Shown here piece by piece: positions 11,181 to 23,990 of a stretch of DNA of 64,000 nt. A program made the position numbers and the translations under genes. Source of the DNA: Macrostomum hystrix (lineage: Eukaryota > Animalia > Platyhelminthes); the NCBI GenBank assembly GCA_950097015.1, contig CATNEN010000041.1, positions 3,646,386 to 3,710,385 of the forward strand, read 5' to 3'. How positions within the stretch are numbered: the first letter of the stretch is position 1; every line of letters starts with the position of its first letter. The notes beneath the pieces were generated by a model that was not told where the DNA came from, searched no databases, and was given only the letters and a program-made list of their open reading frames with translations.

Positions 11181-11900
11181 CTCACTTTCCCATGGAGTTG
11201 TTACTGTAGACAAGCAAGCAGCTGTACTCAAGAGTACCTGAATCAGGTGCTGTGATCTTGCTAATATGTGATGTGACTAATGTAAAAGCTAGCCGGTGCA
11301 TTTGCTTTCTATGGCACAAAAAACTCAGAGGGGCCATTGGAACCACAATAAAATAAACCGACAATTGTTTTTCCCAACGTTCGAGGGTTAAAGGCTACGT
11401 AATTACAAAAGAACACGGTACAGCGATTTAAGATTTCACATGCTGTACCAACGGCCCCGCGTCTAACGACCACGGGCTCTCGATAAGCGCTCGGCACTCA
11501 TTATTTTTTGTTGCACTGTTTAAAGTTTATTTAAACGTCAGCGTTGATGTTTAAAGTTTATTTTATGCAATACAAAGGAACGAAGAATTACGAGTATAAA
11601 GCACTCAATATATTGACTTCAAATTAACAGGGAAACATGATATTCTTCTAGAGCATCTACAGTCTCCTATTTTTCATATCTTTTTTGTATGATACTATTC
11701 CCTTTGTATGATGTATAGAAGTAGTTTTTCTATTACTGCTTCGTTTGCAGTTTAAATTTTATAAAAATAATTATTTTAACAAAAGCAAAAAACTAACTTG
11801 TTCGCTGACATCTTTGCCTTCAAGGCGATGTTAATGAGACTGCGATTATGACGTTCGCACAGAAGGTTTAATTTGTTTATTCACACTGAATGATCAAATC

Positions 11901-12167
11901 CACGTCAAGGCTGCGATGCAACTAGACCACCACGTCCAGGCTGCGATGCAACTAGACCACCACGTCCAGGCTGCGATGCAACTAGACCACCACGTCCAGG
12001 CTGCGATGCAACTAGACCACCACGTCCAGGCTGCGATGCAACTAGACCACCACGTCCAGGCTGCGATGCAACTAGACCACCACGTCCAGGCTGCGATGCA
12101 ACTAGACCACCACGTCCAGGCTGCGATGCAACTAGACCACCACGTCCAGGCTGCGATGCAACTAGAC
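11901..12167. repeat. 30-bp minisatellite, about 9 copies
   Basis: Unit CAGGCTGCGATGCAACTAGACCACCACGTC, nearly perfect. Confidence 0.95.
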
Positions 12168-13689
12168 AACCTGAATGCAACTGACTTTCAGAGTACGTTT
12201 CGAAGCCGAGAGTAAAACACAGAAATTTGATGCAAATACATTTTGCATCTTGTTGCAACCGCAAATACAACTATCAATACTAACATCACAGAAAACCAGA
12301 AATAGAGATTTTTGATGAATAATCATTAAGGTGAGATCCTTGGTAGCGCACGGCTGCATTATAAATCATTGGATATCTTACCATCCTTTCAAGGTCGCGG
12401 AAAACATGCCTAACTCCACCTTGAGTGATATTAATTTGAGATGCTAAGATGGCTTTCTCTGCCGAAGAGAGTGTCTTGTATTTTTGACTTAGATATGCCA
12501 GGCGATCCTTTGAAACTTTCCTAAATGTGAGAAAACCTGATATTAAGAATCAGAACGCAAGTAAAAAAGCAATAATTTAGGTAAAATGTTACATAGATTC
12601 TTTGCTCACATGAACGTTTAAAGCATGAAGACAATCGTTACTCGTATATTTAAACTTCAAACTTAAAATTGACGAACGGAACAAAACAAAGAAATAAATA
12701 TAGTTGTTGTAGTGCTTCTTCTAAAGTTACACTGTCCTTATAATTCAAATTCTCCCCTTAGTAATACATAATGTAAATGGTTGGCCTAATTTCCTTACTT
12801 ACGCTCGTATTGTTTCCAGTCACCCAAAGTGACCTAGACAATCATTATTCCGCACCCATTTTTGGGTGGACTGATACAAACTACTGATAGTTTGGGTAGC
12901 GTGGCTCTTAACACGATAACTCTAGCCTTCTGCCAGTAATATTCTAGATCTTAGATCTTAGATCTAGGCAATTCTGGAGACACTGCTCTCAGGTGATTCA
13001 GACACTAGGTCATATAATTCAGGCTCTTTGGACAGTCTGTACTCGGGCTTTCCCCGGATCGGATTGTTCACGCTTCCACTTACTTTAGAAATAAGTAAGG
13101 CTGTTTAAGATTGCTCACGAAGAGATTTAACTGTTTCTTATAATAGGCTTTGAAACGGTTGTCCTTCCCTAGTAAAGTTGGTCTATATTTATAAATCGTT
13201 CCTAATATGCTGAGTGTATATTCGATATATTTGTGACATTTAAACAAATTAACATAGGTAAAATACTATTACTATACGCATAGAATATTTTTAGCGTGAA
13301 TTTAAACTAGCCTATTGCATATTCAAGTAAAAGCCTACCGTTTCCACAGCACGAAGACTTTACAAAACCCTAGGTAAACTTTGTAAATTAAGTTTGCCAA
13401 GAACGATATACTTTGTATGACTTGGCAAGTATGCAACGTTTGTCATGAATGCCTACTTCTAAGCACTTAACAACTTTTTTGTATTAAAAATTGTGAAAAC
13501 AATTTATATAGGTAAATATTGAGAAACCAATAAACGAGAGTCTGTGGTTCAACGAAAAGCAAATACAGTAAAATATTTTGTTTTGCTAAAGATATTACAA
13601 AACACAAAATAATTTCTGTCATTTTTTACTGAAAATACGATTGGTAAATTAACAGGTGGTTCTGAAAGATTTTGAAGTGGATTACATAC

Positions 13690-13897
13690 TGTAAGACGCT
13701 GGTTTGTCAGTTAGCACGCACATAAAACGCGAAGAGCCATACGGGCTCGCTAGCACTATTTTATTTGGCAGCAAAACTGGGGTGGGCGTACCCATCCCCC
13801 CCAATCACGACACGCAAGCACGCACGCAGGCGTGTAAGCTCTACCCCCGGCCGCCTCGCAGTGTACACTGCGGGCCGCGAACTCTAAGCTGCTTACA
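13690..13897 (-). repeat. 3' LTR of Gypsy element 1
   Basis: TG...CA termini; PPT (AGAGGGGAAGTAG on minus, 13898-13910) directly adjacent. Confidence 0.92.
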
Positions 13898-16800
13898 CTA
13901 CTTCCCCTCTAGAAGAAGTTCAGTCAAGCAAAGCCGGCCATGTAAAAGTCAGGAAGCCGGCGTTCTCTCGCCGAGCGTCGGAGAGCCTCGGCCGGCTCGG
14001 GCGGGGCCGCCGGCGGATCATCGGGCTGCACGTCCTGGTCCGTCCGGTTCCGGCCAGCCGACCACCGCATCGCCACCCGGGTCAGCCGCTGGGCTGGCGT
14101 TCTCACGGCGAGGCCGTTGGCGCTCGTGTCAGCATCGGCGGCAGCAGGCAGCTCCAGCGACGGCCGCCGCTGAATGAAGAGTCGGAGCCGGTCGTGGTGC
14201 ACTACCAGCTTGCGCCGGCAGACGGCCTGGTCCTGGATGCGGTAGTTCACCTCGCACAGGCGCCGCAGGATCCGATATGTCCCTTCCATTTGTCGCTGAG
14301 GCACCGCGTCTGGCCGGGCTTGACGACGGAGTTGCGCAGCATCACCAGCTGGCCCTCTTCAAGCGGCACGAATCTGGCACCTTGGTTGACTCGCTGGTTG
14401 CGCGCCGCTTGGGCGTCTCGCATCCGGCCGTGCACCGCGTCGAAGGCGCCCTGCAGGTTCGCTTGCGTCTGCTGCAGAAAGTCGTGCGGGCTGCCGCATG
14501 TCGCCGTCCACCAGCCAGCTGTCGAGCGCCAGCCGCGGCGGCCAGCCGTACAGGACCTGGTACGGGCTGAGGCCGGTGGTGCTGTGCACGGAGGTGTTGT
14601 AGGCCCAGGTGACGTAGTGCAGCTTCCGGTCCCAGTCCTGCTAACTCTACGACACGACCGTCGCCAGCATGTCGCCCAGTGTCCGGTTGCCGCGCTCCAC
14701 GATGCCGTTGCCGCTTGGGTGGAATGGCGATGTGCGAGTTTTCTCGATGCCCAGCTGCTCGCAGAGCCGGATGAAGACTTCGCTCTCAAACTGCCCTCCC
14801 TGGTCGCTGTGCAGCACTTTTGGGGCGCCGTGCCGCAGCACAACGGCTCTGAGCAGCGCATCCGCCACCGTCACGGCGCCGATCGTCGCCAGCGCCGATG
14901 TCTCCATCCACTTGGAGAAGGTGTCGCACATGCTGAGGATGTAGGCGCAGCTCGCCACCCAGTTCTCCGCGTCCCGCCGCAGGCACGGCCACCAGCAGCG
15001 CACCGCCAGCCTGGCCACCGTCCTGTCAACACCGAGGTGGTCGCTCTGTTCGCTGGAATCCGCCTCCTGCAGGAAGTGCGGCCGCAGGTATCTGGGAATG
15101 ACCGGCTTGCCATGGAACTGCAGGATGCCCGCCGCACTTACTGATGACCCGTCCAGCAACTCGCGAACCTGCGCCGCCCAAGTGTCAGACAGATTGTCGA
15201 TTCCTGTCGCCAGCGCCTAGAACGCCTTGCTCAGCAGCGGTCTCCCGACCTGGCCGGTACAACAGCGAGAAGGAGAACTGCTGCAGCGTAGACAGCCACC
15301 GAGCCAGCCTGCCTTCCTGATCCTTGGTCGCCAGCAGTCCCTGAAGCGGCCGATGGTCGGAGTAGACGGTGAAGCTGGGAACACTGAGCAAGTACGTTCT
15401 GAAGTGCTTCAGGCTCCACACCAGCGCCAGCAGGTCCCGGTCTGTCGCCGAGTAATTTCGCTCCGCCTTGTTGAGCGAGCGCGATGCGAAAGCCACAGGC
15501 AGCTCAGCGTCCCCGTGCAGCTGGTTGAGCACGGCGCCCACAGCGAACTGGCTGCTGTCACAGCTCAAAACGAACTGTTTGCTGAAGTCGGGCAGCCGCA
15601 GCACCGGGGCAGTCGTCAACTTGTCCTTCAGCTCGTTGAACGCCCGCTCACAGCCGCTGCTCCATCTGAAGTCTCTCGCTGTCTGGCTGACGTCGTGCAG
15701 CACCCTCGCAGTCTGGCTGAAGTCTTGGATGAAGCGGCGATAGAAGCCCATCATGCCGAGGAACCGCTTCACCTCCTCTGCTGTCGTCGGGCTGGACATG
15801 CTGCGGATCGCGTCCACCTTGCTAGGGTCTGGCGCGATGCCCTGCTCGCTGACCAGGTGCCCCAGGTACAGCACCTGGCGGTGGCCGAAGACACTCTTCG
15901 CCCTGTGCAGCTTGAGTCCGGCGCCTCGAAGCCGCTGAAGGACCTGCGCTAGCCGTGCCAGATGCTCGTTGAAGGTTCTGCTGAAGACGATGATGTCGTC
16001 GATGTAGGTCAGCACCACCTCCCAGGACAAGCCAGACATGACGAGCTCATTAAGGCGTTGAAATGTCGCTGGGGCGTTGCACATCCCGAAGCCCATCTTG
16101 CGGAACTGCATTAGGCCGCGGGTGGAGTAGAAGGCAGTCCTTGGCCGGTCTTCCTCCGCCACCTCCACCTGGTGATAACCCTGCCGGTAATCGATGGTGG
16201 AGAACCAGGAACAGCCGACCAGTGCGTCCATGGCTTGCTGCAGATGCTGCAGCGTGTAGGCTTCCTTGACTGTGCAGGCGTTCAGCTGTCGCCAGTCGGT
16301 GCAGAGCCTGATGTCGCCGTTCTTCTTGCGCACCACCAGGAGGTTGCTGACCCAAGGAGACATGGACGGCTCGATAATGCGCTGTCCAGCATCTGGCCGA
16401 TCTTCTTGTCCACCTGCTCCCGCACGGACAGGGGCAGACGTCGCTGAACCTGCCCGTGCGGCCGCGTTCCGGGCTCCAGATCTATCCTGTGCTGCAGCAG
16501 CTCCGTCGTGCCCAGGTCGTACTCCGAAAAGGTCGCCTTGCGAAAAGGTCCTCATTCTGCTCCAGCAGCTGGCGCAGCCTCTCCGCATCCGCCTCGGACA
16601 GCTCAGGGTTGATGCTCCAGCCAAAGGGGTCCTCGTGGAGATTGTCGCTCCTCCCCCTGGCCATCGCACCCTCGAAAGTCCCGCCGGCTTTGTTGGCGTA
16701 CAGCAGCACGGGCTCCTCGGCCAGGTTACACATCTTGACGGGGATTCGGCCGTCGTCCGAGATAGTCAGCACGCGCGCTGAAAGCACCGCCGTGGATGCT

Positions 16801-18102
16801 ACGAAGTCCTCGCAGGGCTCGAATACCCCCTCCCCTGCTCTCGGCTGGAGTCCACCCGGAGCCATACGGCCGTCTCGCTCCTCGCCGGCAACTCCGTGTT
16901 GACCGCCACGCGAGCCACCAGAACGCTTGGCACCAGGCGGCAACTGGCCCGCGGCTGCTCGCTGCTGAAAGCCACCGTATCACTGTCGAACCGGACGACG
17001 CCTTCCTTCATGTCGATGGTCACCGTCTGCGACACCCGGCCGATGAAGTCCATGCCGAGGATCAGTCTTGGCTGGATGCCGTCCACCACGGTAAAACTGC
17101 CGTGCTCGAATCGATCTGCCGATCGCAACCTCCGCTGTCGTCAGGCCAAGGCAGCGCAGCCGAGAGCCGTCGACTGAGGTCGGCATGACGTTGTCGTTGT
17201 CGTTGCAGTCGAGCTGGCAATCAAGCTTGTCGACTTGTTCATCAGCGAAATCTGCGCGCCCGTGTCCAGCAGGGCGGGCGAGCTGTGCCTGCCGAAACGC
17301 ACTGGCACGAAGATGGATGACGCTGATCTGTGGGCCCCTTGAGAGGGGGTCGGTGCTGGCCCCAGGCTGCCGACCCTCAGCAGTTTCCCTGCGGCTGTGC
17401 AGCTGGTGTCGGGCACACCGCCGCCGTGTGCCCCTTGCCTGAGCACCTGCTGCAGCGGGCTCCTGCCGCTCTCGGGCACCGCCTCGCGATGTGGCCAACT
17501 TCGCCGCAGCTGAAGCACTTCAGCTGAAGCTGATCCGACTGTCCTCCGCCGTCACGGCTGCTGACGTCGCTGATGGCTGGCGACTCACCAACTCAATGCG
17601 GGCCGCCCGGTCGATCAGGACTGTCAACGGACAGGAATCCTCGGCCTGGTCTTTGAGCAGCGTATCTCTTACAGCTGCTGGGAGGAGGCGCATCAAGCGG
17701 AACTTCACGTCCTTCTCCCTGGCGTCCACAGAGTCGTCTGGCCGAGCCCGGAGGTGCAGCAGCAGTTTGAGGTTGTACGCCAGCTCTCTCAACGACTCAT
17801 TTGGCCGACGTTTGCGCTCCTCAAACTGCTCCATCGCCCGGTAGCTGCTCAGGCTGTCGCCGAAGTGCCCGATGAGCTCCACCTTCAGCTCCTTGTAGCT
17901 CTCTTTCTTTTCGTCTGGAAGCTCCCACACAAAGATCTGTGCCTCTCCAGACAGCAGCAGCTTTAACTTCTTCGCCTTCTTCTTATCATCCCAGTCGCTG
18001 TCATCGGCGAAGTCTTCAAACATGCCACATTCTGACATTGGAGTCAATGCCGGTGCCGCTGAACTTTTGCGGCAGTAAAGATTCTTGCTTAGTCATGCTG
18101 AG

Positions 18103-18115
18103 ACCGCTGCCACCA
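18103..18115 (-). promoter_or_regulatory. Primer-binding site, tRNA-Leu type
   Basis: TGGTGGCAGCGGT 1 nt inside the 5' LTR; complementary to the 3' end of tRNA-Leu (...ACCGCUGCCACCA). Confidence 0.75.
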
Positions 18116-18116
18116 G

Positions 18117-18328
18117 TGTAAGACACTGGTTTGTCAGCTAGCACGCACATAAAACGCGAAGAGCCATACGGGCTCGCTAGCACTATTTTATTTGGCAGCA
18201 AAACTGGGGTGAGCGTACCCATCCCCCCAATCACGCCACGCAAGCACGCACGCAGGCGTGTAAGCTCTACCCCCCCCCCGGCCGCCTCGCAGTGTACTCT
18301 GCGGGCCGCGAACTCTAAGCTGCTTACA
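18117..18328 (-). repeat. 5' LTR of Gypsy element 1
   Basis: Copy of 13690-13897. Confidence 0.92.
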
Positions 18329-18344
18329 ATAAATTACATACATC

Positions 18345-18980
18345 AGGAGGAAAGGGAAGCTAGGGTTCAGCAGGATAGTAGGCTAGGGCCCAGGATGGGA
18401 GGAAGCCTGGGTTCAGCAGGATAGAAGGCTAGGGCCCAGGACGGGAGTAAGCCTGGGTTCAGGAGGATAGGAAGCCTGGGTTCAGGAGGGGAGGAAGCCT
18501 GGGTTCAGGAGGGGAGGAAGCCTGGGTTCAGGAGGGGAGGAAGCCTGGGTTCAGCAGGATGGAGGATAGGATAGTTCAGGAGGATAGGAAGCCTGGGTTC
18601 AGGAGGGGAGGAAGCCTGGGTTCAGGAGGGGAGGAAGCCTGGGTTCAGGAGAAAAAGGAGTTAGCACTCAGGAGGGGGGGAAGCCTGGGTTCAGCAGGAT
18701 AGGAAGCTATGGTTAAGGAGGATAGGAAGCCTGGGTTCAGGAGGGGAGGAAGCCTGGGTTCATGAGTGGAGGAAGCCTAGGTTCAGGAGAAAAAGAAGTT
18801 AGCACTCAGGAGGGGAGGAAGCCTGGGTTCAGCAGGATAGGAAGCTATGGTTAAGGAGGATAGGAAGCCTGGGTTCAGGAGGATAGGAAGCTATATGGTT
18901 CAGGAGGATAGGAAGCCTGGGTTCAGGAGGATAGGAAGCTATATGGTTCAGGAGGATAGGAAGCCTGGGTTCAGGAGGAT
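18345..18980 (+). repeat. Purine-rich about 20-bp minisatellite (GGAAGCCTGGGTTCAGGAGG-like)
   Basis: Many variant copies with higher-order duplications; the same unit reappears at 23837-23990. Confidence 0.9.
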
Positions 18981-20918
18981 AGTATTGTGATTGACAATGC
19001 TTGCGCAATGAACTGAGAATTAACTACTGACCTTATTGAATGCGTGGGCGTATACTGCACTCAGACTAGAATGAGTAGGTGATTGCGTATCCATTTGTCA
19101 ATGCAACGTGCAAGTAGGAGTTTGATCTCTATAAATATACGGTAAGCGAGACGTGTGTATTCGAGCGTGAAACTTCAATCAACGAAACTCTTCGTGTTAA
19201 TTAGAACACAACAAATGGCGACGAGACTTCCATACCCAGCGGAGTTTCAACCCGTACCAGGAGAGCCTCCTGTGCCATGGGTAAGGTGGATTTCGACATT
19301 CAACAACTTCCTGGTAGCTGAAGATCTCGGAGAGGCATCAGACGGTCGTAAAAAGGCGATTCTTCTGCACCTGATTGGTGAGGAGGGACGCCGCCGAGCT
19401 GCCAACGGCGATGCAACAAAGTCACTTCAGGAGACCAAAGAGCTACTGAAGGACATCTTCAGCTCGCTGAGAAGCGTCATAGCAAAGCGCTTTGCCTTTC
19501 GGCAGCGAGCCCATCGCGACGGCGAGAGCATCAGCGACTACGTGATGGCCTTGAGAGAACTGGCAAACAACCTGCAACTTCGGCACGTTCCACGACGAAA
19601 TGATAAGAGATCAGCTCGTGGAAAAAACTGTGTACCTCGCATCAGGAAGCGACTTCTGATCGAGGAGGACAGCCTTACGCTGGCAGACGCCATGAAGATT
19701 GCTGGAAGAATCGAAGCAGCAATCAAAGATACCAAGCAGGTCAGCAGCCAAGACCTTTAGGTGAAAGCGGTGAACAAGAGACCAACTGCTCGTTCCGTCA
19801 AGAAAGTCGCAACGCCGGGTTCGAAGTGCACCCGATGCGGAGGCAATCACGAGAACAAGAGCGAATGCAAAGCGATGGGACAGAAGTGCAGACGATGCGG
19901 CAAGACGAACTATTTCGCGAAAATGTGCGGCATGAAAACGGTCTCTGCGATCGACACCAAAGAGAACGCAGAGTCCAGCTTGACGGTCCTTGCCGTGAAG
20001 AACAGAAACATCGACAACTTATTCTGCGACTGCCACTTGGACGGGCAGATGATCCGACTACAACTCGACTGCGGTGCTGCCGTCTCGTTGCTCAACACGG
20101 AGACGTTCAAGAAGTCCTTCGCTAGGCACTCGCTGATTCCGACGAGCACAAGACTGGAGGCATACGGCGGATTTGCGATCAAGACCATCGGCAAAGTCGA
20201 GCTTCCAGTGACGTTCAACGACATCAGGACAGAAGCCACATTCTACGTCGCCGACAAAGGAGCGAACATCCTGGGCCACGACCTGTTTCAGGCCCTCGGA
20301 TTCAGAATCTTCCAAGGCGAAAACAGAGTGATTAGCATCAGCGAGACTATTATCGAGTGCGACTTTCCAGGAATCTTCGACGGTCTGGGCCAGAAGGTCG
20401 CCAAGTCCAAGTTCAAGAGCTTCATTCATCGGACAAAAATCGACGCCCCGGTCAAGCCAGTGTCTCAGCCAATGCGAAAGCTGCCGATCGGCCTGAAGGA
20501 CGAAGTGACGTCAGAGATTAACCAGATGGAGCAGCAGGGCATCATTGAGAAGGTCGACGCGTCCGAGTGGGTCAGCAACGTGGTCGTGACTCGCAAGAAG
20601 GAGTCCAACAAGGTTCGCCTCTGCGTGGATCTGCGGCAGGTCAACAAGGCGGTGATCGCAGACCGCTATCCGGTACCGTCAATCGAGGACCTAACGGCCA
20701 GCATCAATTAACGGCTCGAAGTGCTTCAGCAAGCTGGATCTGCGTCAAGGCTACCAGCAGATTCCGCTGCATCCAGACTCTCGAGGACTGTACCAGTTCA
20801 CTGTGGTGCCATTTGGGCTATCCAGCTCCGGAGCTGCCTTCCAGCGAGCCCTGCAGACAGTGCTTCGAGGAGCTCCAGGCGCCATCAACATCGTGGACGA
20901 CATCCTGGTGCAGGGCTG

Positions 20919-21200
20919 CATCCTGGGCCCTACACACCAACGGCTGGCCCACCGATGGGCACTGGCTGCTGATGGGCGACCTCAACGCTCACGGTAGCTG
21001 GGACCCGAATGCTGATCCGGACCCCCCTGGAAGCGAGCTCGACGATTGGCTGAGCGACCACGGCTGGATGGCGCTCAACGACGGCAGTGCCACTAGAGTG
21101 AGCCCGGGGGGTGGTGAGTCGGCGCCCGACGTGTCGCTCTGCAGTGCTGTCTGGTCCAGCCGGATCAGCTGGCGCGTGGGGGACGCCATGGGGTCGGAAT
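20919..21200 (+). mobile_element. Non-LTR APE endonuclease fragment inside the Mag RT
   Basis: LLMGDLNAHGSW...LNDGSATR...APDVSL...WRV...MGSE: APE motifs. Confidence 0.8.
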
Positions 21201-21201
21201 A

Positions 21202-22695
21202 ATGGGGTCGGAAGTCTCGGAATAAGACCAACAAGTAAAAAATTTTTTTTGCCACACTGGTCCTTAAGCTTAATTCAAGCAGTAAATTTAAAGCAAAACT
21301 TGTTAGAACATTACGTTAAGTTATTTGTATAGTGTTTTGGTTCACTGTTTACTGCATTACTTAATTACGGCATGGCACCGCCTAGGCGTGCTGTCCACCA
21401 GCTTCTGGCACACTTCTGGCGGGATGGCAGCCCACGAGTGCTCAATGATACGGTACAGCTGGTCAGTGGAAGCTGGCTGCTGCCTCTGGATGTCCCGCTC
21501 AACCCAGTTCCATAGATTCTCAATCGGGTTGAGGTCTGGTGACTGCGCTGGCCAGTCCATGGTGCGGATGTTGTTCTCAGCAAGACATGTCTTCACAACC
21601 TTGGAGGTGTGTTTGGGATCGTTGTTCTGCTGAAACTGCCATCTGTTTACTGCACTCTGTGGCAGTTTATCTACTGCCTCTTGTAGGTGGCTGCTGTGGA
21701 TGTCACGGTACTGCTGACTATCCATCATGCCCTCAATGCGAGTTATTGACTCAGGTCCAGCTGTTGAGAATGCATCCCAAACCATGACTTCACCTCCATG
21801 CTTCACGGTATCAATGGTGCACCTGGGATCGAATTCCTCACCAGCTCGGCGGCGCACATACCGGTGGCCACCAGAACCGGTGCGGGAAAACTTGCTCTCG
21901 TCACTCCAGATGACCTTGGTCCAGTCCCCTGGTGTCCAGCTGGCATGCTGCTTTGCCCAGTTCAAGCGACGCTTCCGGTTTTTATCGGAATGAATGGCTT
22001 CTTCCTAGCGATGCGGCCATGCAGTCCAGCAACTACCAGGCGGCGGCGGACAGTCATGGGGTGCAGCTGGACATTGCAGGATACGAGCAGTTCACGGCTG
22101 ATGTCCACAGCAGTGAGCCGACGGTTGGACTCGGACATTCGCACAATTCGTCGATCCAGTCGGTGGCCAGTTTTCGGTGCCCTGCCAGGTCTTGGGGCAT
22201 AGCCTGTGCTGCCAGTGCTGCTGAGGCGCCTGAGTGCTTGCTGGAGGCAAGTTTTTGACTTTCCCAGCTGCGTGGCCATGGCACGCTGAGAAACTCCTTG
22301 GTCAAACAAGGTCTTGATTTTCCTACATGACTCAAGCGACAGAGCTCTGCCTTTACCCATTCTAGGAATTTCAAGATAATTTTTGCTTGGAGTAGTATTG
22401 AATTTTATTCTTTGGACTTGGAGAATCAGCAGGGCCACTTTTATAGCACATTTTAGGCGAAATAATGAAGTGGTCTTATTACTCTGTGACTTCTCAAATT
22501 CTAAAGCGAGATATGGGACTCCAATTGAACGTAATGAATAGCGACCAATTACCTAAGACATCTTTAATTTTATTGTCCGATGCCATCGTTATCTATAACT
22601 GTTTATTAGATTAAGATGCTCCCCCAATATGTGCAGGTTATGAAATAAAAAGTTTACTTTTTTGTTAGGTGGTCTTAATTCATTGTGCGCCACTG
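21202..22695 (-). mobile_element. Tc1-family DNA transposon (defective)
   Basis: Right terminus ...GCGCCACTG followed by TA (22696-22697); left terminus only partly matches (AATAAGACCA); transposase inside. Confidence 0.88.
21357..22360 (-). pseudogene. Tc1 DD34E-type transposase, frameshifted near 21965
   Basis: MGKGRAL...HTH...ARKKP; WSDESKF; FQQNNDPKH (second catalytic Asp apparently changed to Asn); WPAQSPDLNPIENLW. Confidence 0.9.
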
Positions 22696-23836
22696 TACAG
22701 CCTTCCGCACACTCAAGTCAGCCGTCACCAGCAGCCCAGTACTAGCTCATTTTGACTGCCAAGCTGAGACGTATGTCACCTGTGACGCCTGGGGCGGTAC
22801 TCAGCTAAGTACAAAATGAAAAAGAGGTGCCAAACGCACTAGCATCGTGAGCACTCAGCCCAGCGGAAAAGCGATACTCAGCCGGAGAGCGAGAAGCCCT
22901 GGCCTGTGTATGGAGCATCGAACGCTGGCACTACTATCTATCGCTGCGTAGTAACGTACTGCGAGTAACGCTGCGTACCGACCACAAAGCCCTGACTACT
23001 CTGCTCGACTCAAAAGGCATGGGGCACAGGCCTCTGCGCATTCATCGATGGGTCGAGAGACTTCGCGGCTACGACGTCCGGTTCGAGCACATCCCTGGCG
23101 CTGACAACAAGTGCGTGGACATGCTGTCCAGATGGGCCCCGACGGAGCCGTACCAGCCGAGGAGACCAACGAGGAGGGCTACGTCTACGCAGTCGTCGAT
23201 TCGAAAACAACGCTGACGGCAGACGCACTGGCAACGGCGACCAAGGAGGACGAAGTGCTGCAGGCGGTTCTGCGGTACATCTCGGGCATCTGGCCAACGA
23301 AGGTGGACAGCTCTCTGAAGCCGTACTTCAACGTCCGGGACGAGCTGTTCTGCTGGACCAACGGTCAGTGCCTCGGTCGTGGTGAACTCGCGATCATTGC
23401 GATCAGCCTACGACTTCAAGTTATCGAGGAGGCCCACGAAGGGCATCCGGGCGTCGTTCGGTCAAAGTAGCGGTGCCGCGACACGGTCTGGTTTCCCGGA
23501 ATCGACCGGCAGGTTGAGGACTACGTCAAGAACTGCATGGCCTGCACTCTGGCGGAGAAGTCAGGCAAGCCTCAACAGACGATCGTGACACCAGTCGAGT
23601 GGCCGGCAGGTCCATCGGACAAGATCGAAATCGACATCTTCGGCGAGGTCGCTGCGGCTCCACGGCATCAGCGGTTCCTACTGGTGATCGACGACCTGTA
23701 CAGCAAGTGGCCGGAGATTGCAGCCATGGAAACCGTCACCTCTGCCAACATCATCAAGACGCTTCGTAATCTATTTGGCCGGTGGGGAGTCCCAAAGATG
23801 CTGATCAGCGACAACGGACCCCAGTTCGTCAGCGAC

Positions 23837-23990
23837 GGGTTCAGGACTGAAACTAGGGTTCAGGAGTGGAGGAAGCCTGGGTTCAACAGGATATAGGAAG
23901 CTAGGGTTCAGGAGCAGAATAAGCCTGGGTTCAGCAGGATAGAAGGCTAGAAGTCAGGAGGGGAGTAGTTTAGAGGTCAGGAGTGGTGGT
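23837..23990 (+). repeat. Second block of the 20-bp minisatellite
   Basis: Same GGAAGCCTGGGTTCA unit as 18345-18980. Confidence 0.85.

Larger units (their letters stand above)
13690..18328 (-). mobile_element. Full-length but frameshifted Ty3/Gypsy LTR retrotransposon
   Basis: LTRs 13690-13897 and 18117-18328 (TGTAAG...CTTACA, about 5 substitutions and 1 indel); gag with CX2CX4HX4C near 17480-17520; protease LLDTGA; RT YIDD; RNase H CDSS; integrase HSDQG/IVER; imperfect 4-bp TSD ATAC/ATAA. Confidence 0.92.
18986..23846 (+). mobile_element. Mag-clade Gypsy element, interrupted and 3'-truncated
   Basis: Putative 5' LTR 18986-19213 (TG...CA); PBS TGGCGACGAG overlapping the gag ATG (19215); gag WVRW...KKAILLH; double zinc knuckle; protease LDCGA; RT LCVDLR...VDD; RNase H remnant from 22700; integrase HEGHPG...C..C and SDNGPQF. 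Multiple stops and frameshifts. Confidence 0.88.

Noticed and set aside
11901-12167. CRISPR-like 30-bp repeats
   Set aside because: Head-to-tail copies with no spacers, in a eukaryotic context.
13924-18424. Numerous 60-300 aa overlapping ORFs on both strands (also over 3100-6700)
   Set aside because: Shadow ORFs of GC-rich retroelement coding sequence and LTRs, with no domain motifs.
19758-19763. Programmed gag-pol readthrough at the TAG in the Mag element
   Set aside because: The stop lies before the gag zinc knuckles and the element has many other lesions; simple decay is more likely.
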